64,000 bases of DNA from Podarcis filfolensis (lineage: Eukaryota): assembly GCA_964270895.1 (NCBI GenBank), contig OZ185442.1; one strand, written 5' to 3'. The position numbers and the translations under genes were made by a program. This document shows positions 24,490 through 35,843 of this stretch, piece by piece; position 1 is the stretch's first letter; each line of letters begins with the position of its first letter. Below the pieces are notes generated by a model. The model was not told where the DNA came from. It saw only the letters and a list, made by a program, of their open reading frames with translations, and made no database searches.

Positions 24490-25280
24490 CATAGAATCAT
24501 AGAATTGTAGAGTTGGAAGGGACCCTATGAATCATCTAGTCCAACCCCCTGCAAGGTAGGAATAGGTACCGTATTTTTCGCCCTATAGGACGCACTTTTT
24601 CCCCTCCAAAAATGAAGGGGAAATGTGTGTGCGTCCTATGGGGCGAATGCAGGCTTTTGCTGAAGCCTGGAGAGCGAGAGGGGTCGGTGCGCACCGACCC
24701 CTCTCGCTCTCCAGGCTTCAGGAAGCTCTGCGCAACCCTCGGGAGACCGGCGCCACTTCGCGCCCACCTCCCAATGGCTGTGCAGAGCTGCCTGCAGTCC
24801 CGGGGCGAGCGCAGCTCTGCGCAGCCATCCGGAGCGGGGCGCGAAGTCGCGCCCGCCTCCCGATGGCTGTGCAGAGCTGCCTGCTGTCTCGGGGCGAGCG
24901 CAGCTCTGCGCAGCCATCCAGAGCGGGGCGCCACTTCACGCCCGCCTCCCGATGGCTGCGCAGAGCTGCCTGCATTCCGAAGCCTGGGGAGACCTGCACG
25001 ACTTACCGCTGGCCTCCCTAGGCTTGCGGATAGCAGGCTGTTCTCGGGGCTGGGATTGGGGGAAGCTCGGGCTTCCCCCACGCCAGCCCCGCGCCTGGGG
25101 GGGGGAAATAAATTTTTTTTCTTTATTTCCCCCCCCAAAAAAACTAGGTGCGTCCTATGGGGCGGTGCGCCCTATAGGGTGAAAAATACGGTACTTGTCT
25201 GTCCCATACGGGGATCAAACCTGCAACCTTGGCATTATCAGCACCACACTCTAACCGACTTAGCTATCCAGGCATGCTGT
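24490..25280 (-). mobile_element. tRNA-Ile-derived SINE split by a Tc2-like MITE
   Basis: Head about 25194-25280, tail about 24490-24566; MITE in between. Confidence 0.8.
24569..25191. mobile_element. Tc1/mariner (Tc2-like) MITE with internal GC-rich tandem repeats
   Basis: TIRs CCGTATTTTTCGCCCTATAGG / CCTATAGGGTGAAAAATACGG; TA at 24567-68 and 25192-93. Confidence 0.88.
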
Positions 25281-25439
25281 AAGTCCTTGAAGCCATTCCC
25301 AATTTGTCTGTAGCCAAGGTGGGAACACCTTTGCAAAGGGTAGCGTGAACCCGCCCTCAGTGGACCTGTTTTTGGCTCTGTTGTTGTCGGCACTCACCAC
25401 CTTAGTCTGCTATTAGAAGGAGTGGCTCTCTGTCCTCCT

Positions 25440-27231
25440 TCAGGCCTGGGGATGGACTTTGGGGTTGGGACAAACGCAGGCCTTCAGCCTGGGCCAGTGC
25501 AGAACACGGTGGAGGAATACAGATCGGAGGGCTAGCCCAAAGTCTTTCTTCCGCAGGGCATAAACTAGTGGGTTGGCCAAGGAATTCAGGTGGGAGAGCA
25601 ACACAGCCAGGCGGTTCAGTGACTCATAGCGCTGGCAGTCGGGGCACAATAGCTGGACACAGTAAATGACATGCAGCGGGATCCAGCAAATGCAAAAGAC
25701 CCCCACCAAGAGAAAGAGGGTGCGGGCCATCTGCAACTCCCTTTTCTTCCCTGGCCAAGGAGCCTGGGACTGGAAGTGGCCGCGGACTACCCGGAAGAGG
25801 TCAGCATAGATGCCCAACATGGTGGCCAAGGGCAGCAGGGTGCAGATCAGGAAGTTAAAATAGACCACGTACTCGGGGCTGAAAATGGAGGTGAAGGAAC
25901 AGAGGCCCAGGTGTCCGCTGTGGATCTCAGAGTAGCTGAGGTTCTCTTGACGTGGATAGACCTTGGAGAGGAAGCCTCCGTAAGGCAGGTCGCGGGCGAT
26001 GATGACAAAGGCCGTCCTCTCGGAAGGGAAGCTGAAAGGCAGCGTCTTGTTGGCGGTCTCCACATAGTGCTGGAAGCGGTTCCAGCCCATCATTGGTGAG
26101 AGACCTATCAGCAGAGACAGCAGCCAGCAGAAGATCACAATGATCACCATCCCTCCCTTCTTCACGTGCACGGCGTAGCTGTCCAGAAAATAATCCTTGT
26201 GAGTGTCATGTGACTATGGAGTCAGGTGTCATTTGTCTATGGTCAACAAACAAGTGCTGCCTCCATTAGTAGCTCTTCCATTGCTACTCTAATCACATCG
26301 TCTAAGAACATTCTTTAGATAAGGCTACCCAGATGCTTAGAAACTCAGGGTAATTTTTACCTGTTTTAGTATTTTAACTTTTGTCTTTTTTAAAGTACGG
26401 CTGTAATTTTTTCTTGATTTTACTGTTTTTATCTTTTTGTAAACTGCTTTGAGGGTTTTCTTTTTACAGTCAAGTCGTGTATAAATTTTATGAAATGAAA
26501 TAATTATATATTCATATCGATTTTGAACTGTATTTTTACTGCTTCTTTTATTTCTTGCGTTTTATTGTTACAAGCGGAACTCTATGCAATGCAAATGGTA
26601 ACACAGTAAAATACAAAATGAGAAATAAAAGAAGCAATAAAAATGCAATTACAAAGCAGATAGCATCGAGCACAATACATTGCCATTGCTACAACTGGCA
26701 GAAAAATCATTTGAGTGGTCCAGCAGAACCATCAGCGATTTTCAAATGGTCCATGGAAGAAAAAAGGTTGGGAACCACTAGCATAAATGATGCACCAGCA
26801 TTTGCAGAACCCCTAAGAAGTTGGTCATGTGCATGGATGTTGTTGGCTCACAAGCACTCGCTCAGTTTCACAGGCTGGATGCTGAAGAAAGAGCCTTTGG
26901 CTTACCTGTTGGGCAGCTTGATCTTCAGGTGGGCGTTGATGGCAATGACCAGCAGGAGGAGGATAGAGAACTGGGTGGTGACCAGTGGGAAGCAAGTGAG
27001 GAAGAGGCACGTGTAGAAACAGAGGACATACTCCATGCTGAGTACCATTGAGAAGGGGATGGCCAGGGCTCCCACACCAAGGTCGGCCACTGCCAGGCAC
27101 ACGATCAGGTAGTTGGTGATGCATCTCAGCTCCTTGTGCAGGTAGACAGTGGCACAAACCAGCAGGTTGATGGAGATAATGGCCACCGCCAGGACCCCCT
27201 CAAGAACCACGAAACCAAAATACATGTCCAT
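25440..27231 (-). CDS. Divergent adenosine-receptor-like class A GPCR (A1/A3-like), 2 coding exons, about 354 aa
   Basis: Exon 27231-26906 (326 nt, MDMYFG...KIKLPN, AG|gtaag) plus exon 26178-25440 (739 nt, cag|C TAC); 1065 nt in one frame. Motifs: TM1 VLEG, TNYLIVCLAVADLGVG, CLFLTCFPLVTTQFSI, GLSPMMGWN, YVVYFNF, CWIPLH, LSHLNSLANPLVYA. Intron in ICL2 as in adenosine receptors. Start Met uncertain (acceptor at 27284-27283 suggests an upstream exon). Confidence 0.9.
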
Positions 27232-27706
27232 GAAGGTTGTTGTTATTGTAAACGGCCTTTCAGCACAGTAATTCTGTTGTCCCTGCAGAGGAAGGTCCTC
27301 CTTCAGCAGAATGGTTCCCACCAGGAACCAGGCATGGGACAGCTTCTTCTCTTTGATCTACATGGAACATCAAGGATCCACGTTCAGACATCGTTCTCTG
27401 TGTGTCTTATGACACATCCTTCCCTTATGTGGCAGTCCCAGCTCTGCCCTGCTATCGATAATCTGAACCTGTCTCTGTTTGCTGAGCGTTCTGCTAGCAA
27501 ACAGATCAGATCAGCCCAGGCACAATATGGCTTTTTATGTGGATCATTTAATGCTCGTGGATTAGGGAAGCACGTCTCTGAGGTAAGGCAATCAATGCGA
27601 GAGCTTAAATGAAATGGGATGTGTGGAAGCAGTGGCAATACTAGCCACACACACACAAATGTATTATTACAGATGGGAATTATCAGAGCTTCTCATAGCA
27701 CCACAG

Positions 27707-27842
27707 CATGGTAGAGTTGGAAGGGGACACAAGGGTCATCGAGTCCAGCCCCCTGCAATGCAGGAATCCTTTTGCCCGATGTGGGGCTCAAACTCACAAC
27801 CCTGAGATTAAGAGGCTCACGCTCTACCGGCTGAGTTATCTC
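27707..27842 (-). mobile_element. tRNA-Lys-derived SINE with CR1-type tail
   Basis: Minus strand actcagccggtagagcgtgagcctcttaatctcagggttgtgagtttgagcccc followed by attcctgcattgcaggggg...cccttccaactctac. Confidence 0.8.
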
Positions 27843-27954
27843 TTTTAGAATTTAGAATACCCACAAATCCAAAGCTCCAGGCATCCAGACTTCAAATGCG
27901 TCCTATAGGAAATGTAGAGTGGAGTCTCCCGTCCTTGCAGGTGGCTCTTAGCTT

Positions 27955-28082
27955 NNNNNNNNNNNNNNNNNNNNNNNNNNNNNNNNNNNNNNNNNNNNNN
28001 NNNNNNNNNNNNNNNNNNNNNNNNNNNNNNNNNNNNNNNNNNNNNNNNNNNNNNNNNNNNNNNNNNNNNNNNNNNNNNNNNN
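27955..28082. other. Assembly gap (128 N)
   Basis: Run of N. Confidence 1.
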
Positions 28083-28509
28083 TTTACAGTTACCCTGTAA
28101 ACGGGTTGGAAGGAGCTAGTTTATTATTTATTTTATATATCACACCGTAACTTCAAGGAGCTACATGCTTCTCCCCTTTCTCATGTTTTATCCTCACAAC
28201 AACCCTGTGAGGTAGGTTAGGTAGCGATTACGATGACTGGCCCAAGGTCGCCTGGTGGCCAAATGGGGATTCGAATCCTGATCTCTCAGGCCCCAGGTTA
28301 AGTACTGCACTACACTGTCTCAGTTGTGTGAATTGATCCTGATTAGGAATTAGGAACCTAGAAAGCTGCCTTCTGGCTAACTTAGTATTCCCTGCACTGA
28401 CTTGCTGTGGCTCTCCAGGGTTTCAGGTGAGAAAATTGAAGCAGGGGTCTTCTGCATGCAAGTCAGAAGCTCTGCCTCTGAGCTCCTTCCCATTAACTTT
28501 TCCTGGCTT

Positions 28510-29455
28510 TTGTCACCCTCCCCACCAATTGCATTTCCGCAAAGATCACACCATTCCTGGTTGTTGGGTGTAATCTTTGACGCCTCCCTTTCTATGGAGG
28601 CGCAGGTTACAGCTACAACAAAGGCGGCATTTTTCCATCTCCTCCTTACCTCTCTTGCCCTGATCCCGCCACTGTAATCCATGCGACGGTCACCTGCAGG
28701 CTTGATTATTGTAACTCACTCTACGTGGGGCTGCCCTTGAAACTGACCCAGAAACTCCAGCGGGTGCAGAATGCCGTGGCGAGACTCCTTATGGGGTCCC
28801 TGCTGCAGGATCACATTCACCCAGTGCTATACCAGCTGCACTGGATCCCGGTGGAGTACAGGATGAGGTTTAAGGTGCTGGTTTTAACCTTTAAAGCCCT
28901 ATACGGCCTAGGACCCTCGTACCTATGGGACCGCCTCTTCTGGTCCTTAGGGTCTGCTAACAACACCACCTTGAAGATCCTGGGCCCCAGGGAAATTAGA
29001 CTGGCCTCGACTAGAGCCAGGGCCTTTTTGGACGTGGCCCCGGCCTGGTGGAATGCTCACCCACAAGTGACCAGGGCCCTGCGGGATTTGACATCTTTCT
29101 GCAGGGCCTGCAAGACAGAGCTGTTCCGCCAGGCCTTGGGGGGGGCGGGGAATGCAGTTTGACTTACTTTCCTTTGTATAAAACAAGCCCGAAGGAGGCC
29201 CCTAACCCACTCACAGGAGGTCCTTGTATGATCAGTGGAAACAGTTGGTCCTGGCAATTATTAACCACTCTCAATTCCACCCTGATAATTGCCACCTGCC
29301 CAGATTTCAACTTGTCTGAATTAATTTTAAGACGTATTTGAATTAATTGATGTCTGTTTTTATGCTTATTGTGTTGTTTTTATGATGTTAGCCACTCTGA
29401 GCCTGGCCTTGGCCAGGATACAAATAAAAAATTATTATTAAATTTATTATTATTG
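28510..29455 (+). mobile_element. L2 LINE 3' fragment
   Basis: LGVIFDASLSMEAQV..AAFFHL and GLPLKLTQKLQRVQNAVARLL..HIHPVLYQLHWIPV..FKVLVLTFKAL; (TAT)-rich tail. Confidence 0.85.
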
Positions 29456-30929
29456 TTCGCACCAGCTCTCCTCACTCACTGCTGCTCCCTTGCCCGACTC
29501 CATCCAGCCTTTTCCCTCCCCCAGGTATGACTGCCAGCTTCCTTCTCTTTACCTCTCTACCTCATTGCTTCTTCACTTGCCCATGGTCTTTCCCTGCCTG
29601 CCATTGTTGCTGCTGCTTCTGTTACCTCCCCTCCATCATCAACCCCATTGTTGTCCTTAGGGTGACATTAAATGGCCAGCGAGTTCCTACTTTCCCACTT
29701 TGCAGTGCACAGAAATCTGGTTCTTAGCACTTGCCACAGACTTGGAGGCCTGAATAGTAATGGAGCACCCTCCTCCTTCATGAGCAAATTCAATCTGTCC
29801 CCGATGGCTATTCACTAAAATCAGGTGCACATCTCAATTGGAACCTCATCCATTTTGGCCATTTCCCAGAATGAAATATGGCACATCAGAGGGGGAAGTA
29901 TAGGACATCAGGGAAAGGAAATGCATCAGTACGTCAAGCGAGCTTGTTAGGAGATTGTCAATGTTCTCTGGTCTGCGCAGATTGCTAACTGCCCTTCTTG
30001 GAAACAGGAGACCCATTAGAAGAAACAGGATAATCCCGCTGCCAAAATTGGAAGGGGTAGATATTTATTTATTTTTGTAAGCAAAGCAATCTCATCTCTC
30101 ACCAATTCCCCATTTCTTAGTTCTTAATTTTATATTAATGTTGCGAGCTTTTCTTGTGCTCATTAAAAATCACAGGAGCAGCCCGCTGGGGAGTTTGCAA
30201 GGCACATTGAAATAAACGGAATGTGACATAGCCATAAATGCTTTTCCATTTGCTAACTCACTGCACTCAATAAGTTCTCAGTGAACAAGACCTGTTGTTC
30301 CAGTTTGCCTCGTCCCTTGGAACCAGGAGCACAGGGAATTCAAGAACAATGGATTTCCTTCCCCAAAAGATGTATCTTCCCATTTTGTCACAAAGTGCTG
30401 ATGCACTGCTATTAGCTGTGCAGGGTGCACGACAGCAACACCTAGTGACAGATAGGGAGTATGACAAATACTACAGCGCTGTATTTAAAACATTGGCCAA
30501 AGAAGGAGAAGCAGTGAAGGGTGTAAATATTTTAAAAGTCAGAAGGAAACACCCAAATATTCCAGAGAGGATATATGTTTAAACAAAAATCTGTAGCCAT
30601 TAAAGACACTCACATAGTTATGATTCTTTAAACTCTTCCCATCAGTACTAGAATGATGTACTGCTGTCATGATGTTTGGGGTATGAGCACCCAGTTTGAT
30701 GCAATCCAGACCTATACAAATTTACCAGGGAGTAAGTTCCATTGAACACAACAGGGCAATTCACGGACTAGTACAATTGCACTGTTATTTATTTAAGGTT
30801 ATTTAAATATGCCTGTTCACAAAATACACCACAGTTGTTTACAGATTCAAAATACGACCATTTTTCATTCAAACCAAGCAGAAACAACATCACAAAATAG
30901 CCATAAAACATGGGATACGGCAGTTTTCA

Positions 30930-31245
30930 AAGACCAACTGCAATCAATACGTTTTTATCTAGTCGGCCAACAGGGAGGCAGTGGTGATACTGTCGTGGAA
31001 TGAAGTTCCAGAGCATTGGTGCTACAACAGAGAAGGCCCTGTTCTTGGTAGTGGCCAAACTGGTCTCCCCATAAGGTAGAATCTGAAGCAACCCAGGCCC
31101 CATCAAAATATATTAAATGCTGGGGAGGCTCACATGGGAGGTGGCATTTGTAAAGAAAATCAGAGCCCCTAAAGCCATTGATGGCTTTAAAAAGCAAGAA
31201 CCAGGTCCAGAAGCAAATTCTCAGTCCAGGCAGATGATTCAAAAC
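30930..31245 (-). mobile_element. Degenerate L2 fragment
   Basis: Minus strand gives HLPGLRI.FW..FLLFKAING and a RAF..ALWN-like segment similar to the L2 at 28510. Confidence 0.55.
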
Positions 31246-31364
31246 AGGTAGGATAGGTAACAGTTTGTTCCTGCTAACAAGCAAGCTACCATACTCTGTG
31301 CTAGTTTCAAGATTCCAAATGCTCTTGAGGAATGAATTCTACTCACATGCAATGCGTTTTGTGT

Positions 31365-31550
31365 TGCAGACAACCTGGTAATAATAGTAGAAAACCCCTT
31401 GGAAAGTATACCAAGGGTGTTGGATAAGATTAACCAATTTGGCCAAGTCGCAGGTTTCAAACTGAATAAAAATAAAACTAAGTTATTGGTAAAAAAAATA
31501 TGACAGAACAGGAGAAAAATGAACTGTGACAGATAACAGAGCTGGGGATT
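31365..31550 (+). mobile_element. L1 ORF2 (RT) internal fragment
   Basis: Translates ADNLVIIVENPLESIPRVLDKINQFGQVAGFKLNKNKTK, resembling the post-YADD region of L1 RT. Confidence 0.65.
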
Positions 31551-32887
31551 CTAACCGCTGACCTTCTGATAGGCAAGTCCTAGGCTCTGTGGTTTAACCC
31601 ACAGTGCCACCCATGTCCCTTATTGGAGAGAAAGGCTGGTGCAAATTCAAATTTTACTCTCGTGCAGACAAACCCAGCTCATCAGCACTGCAGGCTGCAA
31701 TTCCAGCACATCCACTCACCACAGGGGCAAAGACTGAACCCTGGATACATGCAGCAGGTTGTTGTTACGCAGCAGAGGGAAATTGGCTCTGAGCATGTTC
31801 TGCTCCTGCATATATTTCAGAGCTGATTTCTTGCGCACAACAGATTCCAGAAGGGAATCAATTTAAGTTGTGCCTGGCTGCAGAACATGAGGAAGGGAGA
31901 AAGAAGGTATCAAATTTAACAACAATGCACTAGGTCAAGGTGGTAATCATTGTAGATGCTCCTAAACCAACCATCCCAGAGATGGTGCCGTCCAGATGTT
32001 GCGAACCACAACTCCCACCAGCTGGTATAGCCAATAGTAATGGATGATGTGAGTTGTAGTCCCACAGCATCAGGATGGGATCGGGTTGGTTGAAGGCTGC
32101 TTGAGTCAAATACAGCAAGACCGCAACTTACGCACACTTAACTTGTGTGCATTCAGCTTTATGTGTGTGGATTTTTATTTTTTAAGGGGGTGGGGCTTGG
32201 AGGGAAATGACTTTGGCAATCCCACCCGCCATTGAAGCCAATGTTTTTTGACTATACACAATTTTGGCTTTAGGTGTGATCCTTGATATTTAAGTAGACA
32301 CACCTTATGTAGACAATCACCATCTGGTCTCTGCCCGCTAGAGGGCAATGCAAGGCCAGCTTGTTTTCTTTCTAGAAATAGCCTATCCTATTTTTAGTTC
32401 TGCACAAAGGAACTCCAGAGTATGGGTTCCAAGTTGTGTATAGTGAAGCTCAGACTTAATATGTTAAAAATGTAACATTACTTCACATTTTGGCATTCCC
32501 AACCATGTTCCAAAAACACACACACAAGCTAATAGCTGGCTTTCTCTTAGGATACCCAGAATACATTTCCCTGCATAAACTTTATCCTAAGTAAATGTCA
32601 GTGGGCAAAAGACTAACACTGCACACACACTATACTTTTAAAGCACACTGGAAGCACATTTACCCCCTCAAAGAATTCTAGGGACTGTAGTTTGTTTAGA
32701 ATTGTTGGGAATTTTTAACTCTGTGACTACAGTGCCCAAAATTCTTTGAGGGAAAGAACATGGTTTGAATGTGCTTTAAAGGTGTATAGATACAGCTCTC
32801 ATGCTTCCTGATTTGTGCAGATGCATCTAATAATACATTCAAATGCAACCTTGCAATCTGCATTAATCCCATCCCCCCATGCTGGAA

Positions 32888-34517
32888 CTATTTCTTTGGC
32901 GTGCTACCAGTTTGAGAAACTGTTGCAAGATGCACACTGTGCATCACCAAAGATGACACAACTGGGATCAAATTTTCCACTAGAGACGACACCCGTTCCC
33001 AGCTTTTCTTTTCTTCCTTGAGATGCTGGATTTCACGCTCCATCTTCCTTGCCATTCTCTGAAATCCTTCTTTCAGCAGCAACTCGTGTTCCTGGAAAGG
33101 TAAGGAGCACACAGAGACTCGTTCAACTAAGAATCGAAGAGTGAGGGCAGAAAATTACAGACACAGGATAGAATAAGACCAAGACTGGAGCAGAATGTCC
33201 ACTACACTAGCTGGATATGAAAATGTACATTTTTCCAGCATGCTGCCAAATGAGAGGCACCCTTTGAGGCTGCGTACACACCCAGCTGTTAATAGCACAA
33301 AAAATGTAGTTTTGCTCAATCTAGAATTGTTTATGCTCACCCTCAACATGCTGCTTTCAATCCAGATTGATTCTAGATCCTACCATGCACAAGGGTCAGT
33401 ATGGCTACTTGATATGCCTCTTCCTCCCTTCACATGCCCCAGCAGAACGAAGGACGAAAGTACTGACTGCGATCTTGAAACACGCTCACCCACAATGTCA
33501 TTGAGCAGCTATAGATACACACACCAACATACGCCCCATGGCTGGGACCATTTACGTCTGTTTTTGGGCGGACACACTGGGGGGTAACACATAATCAATC
33601 TGCAATGAGCTTTTGTTTTTGGAATTGCAGCGGTTTCTCAAGAAGCACTTATCAGGGATAAAAATGTGCAGATTGTTTGTGGACTATGTATGAAAAACAC
33701 GGACTCAGTCTCCATCAATTCTAGAATAAGATGTTGTGTGTACACAACCTGAAAATAGACTGTCTCCAAGTTAGAACTGGTTTTCAATAATAATAATAAT
33801 AATAATAATAATAGAAGATGGCGCCGGGTCAAGTCTCAACTGAGTCTCTGCTGCATGAGTAGGAGCTCTAATGACCAAATTACCCCGATAAAAAGGCTCA
33901 ACCTATGAAAATTATCTGCCAACTTTTACCAGTAAAAGACTCTGGGAGCTGTCGGGTGGACTTTTAAACCTCCCCTCCCTTTCAAAGCTACTTAAATCAA
34001 CTTAATAATAATAAACATACTCCCGGTATGCCTGCCTCTCCCAGTACGCCCTGCGGAGGACCTTAAGGTCCAAAAATAGCAACACCCTAGCGGTCCCGGG
34101 CCCTAAGGAAGTCAGATTAGCCTCAGCCAGGGCCTTTTCAATACTGGCTCCGGCCTGGTGGAACGCTCTGTCTCATGAGACCAGGGCCCTGCAGGATCTG
34201 ATTTCTTTCTGCAGGGCCTGTAACACAGAGTTGTTCCGCCTGGCCTTTGGCTTGGAATCATCTTGATCCCCTCCCCCTCCCCCTTTCCTTTTTCCTTTCT
34301 CCTTCTGTGATGGAACTCTTATTTGGGGACTTCCCTGGATTTTTCCGGCCCACATAGGACCAGTCTGGATAGTTGGCCTTGGTGAAGATTTGATGTTTTC
34401 ATCCCCAAAAAGTTTTTTATTTGAGTTTCTACTGAAATGAGGCTGAATTTTGTATTTTAATCAATTGTTTTTATACCTGGTGTTGGCTGGGGAGGGCGGG
34501 GTATACCAGTAAATAAA

Positions 34518-34563
<46 letters not shown>

Positions 34564-35803
34564 CAGGGATTTGTGAAGAATCACTACATGAGTTGGATCC
34601 AAGCTTTACCTAAACAACATGTGACCTGCACTGAGAGGGTGAGGATATCTTAGGGTATATAAATGACTGGTGGGGAGTCACTGAGAAGGGTAGGGGTGAA
34701 TAGATTTGGCCCTGAGTGGAGGGAAGGGTTCCGCTTCCATGCACCATCTTAATAAGATGCCCCAAAACAGGAACTGGGAAAATATGATCCTCCAGACCTT
34801 GTTGGCCCCTGAGCACTGGCCATGCTGGCTTGTGCTGATGAGAGCTGGACCCAACCACAAGCTCCCCACCCCTGACCTAAAGATTAAATACTGCAGTGAG
34901 CGAGCATCTGCATCCGGCTCAGCTCTGTTTACCTTGAGTTTCTGCTCTATCATCCTGTCTGTTTCCTCTTCCATCAACTTTTTCTCTTTCTCCATCTTCT
35001 CCTTCAACAGCTGGAGCTGTGCATTGTGGCTTCGCTTCTCATCCTCCATCATTTGCTTTAGTCTGGCCTGCTCCTGCTCCAACAGCGTCTGCTGCAGCTG
35101 GGCTGCTTCGACCTGAGCGCGCTGGGCTGGGGGCCAGCGAAGAAAAAGAGACAACCTGAACTGCTGGCAGACAGGAAAGCATTGAAAGAGCATAATCTGG
35201 AGGACCACCCCCTGCTACCCTATGAACTTGGCTGGTTTTACAGTCTTCACTCTTTGAGTGTCTCCAACTTCCAAGCTGAGGTGGGGACAGGGCCTGCTTT
35301 GTGGTGGCATCCAGACTTTAGAAGACCTTCCCTGGACATATTCATCAGGCTGCCTCCATTGTTATCTTTTAGGCATCTCTTATGTACCCAAGAGTTTACA
35401 TGTCTTATATTTAATACGCTTTAAAACTTTGAGGGCAATCTGGAGGAAGGATCTCCATTTCCTTTACAGTGGTACCTTGGTTCTCAAACACCTTGCTTCT
35501 CAAACGCTTTGGTTCCCAAACGCCGAAAACCCAGAAGTAAGTGTTCCGGTTCTCATACGTTTTTCGGAAACCGAATGTCTGATGCGGCTGTTGGTTATTG
35601 TTTCCAGGGAGCCTGCACCAATCAGAAGCCACACCTTGGTTTTCGTACATTTTGGAAGTCAAACGGACTTCCAGAACAGATTAAGTTCAAGAACCAAGGT
35701 ACCTTGGCGCTTTTGTTTTTGCTATTTATTTTGCGTTTCTGTTTTTGAGGCTTTTTCGTTTTATTTGTTTTGTGGCTGTATGGAACCCAGTTCAGCTACA
35801 GAC

Positions 35804-35843
<40 letters not shown>

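Noticed and set aside
24536-25313. 200-233 aa ORFs with repeated peptides, and a superficially CRISPR-like repeat pattern
   Set aside because: Internal tandem/inverted units of a MITE; no unique spacers, no cas genes, eukaryotic context.
27896-28150. 84 aa ORF
   Set aside because: Spans the N gap.
30295-30582. 95 aa ORF between the GPCR and GBP-A
   Set aside because: Non-ATG start and no recognisable family.
34706-35116. Plus-strand ORFs antisense to GBP exons (also 41690, 42608, 52305, 58343, 59538)
   Set aside because: Mirror frames of real minus-strand exons.
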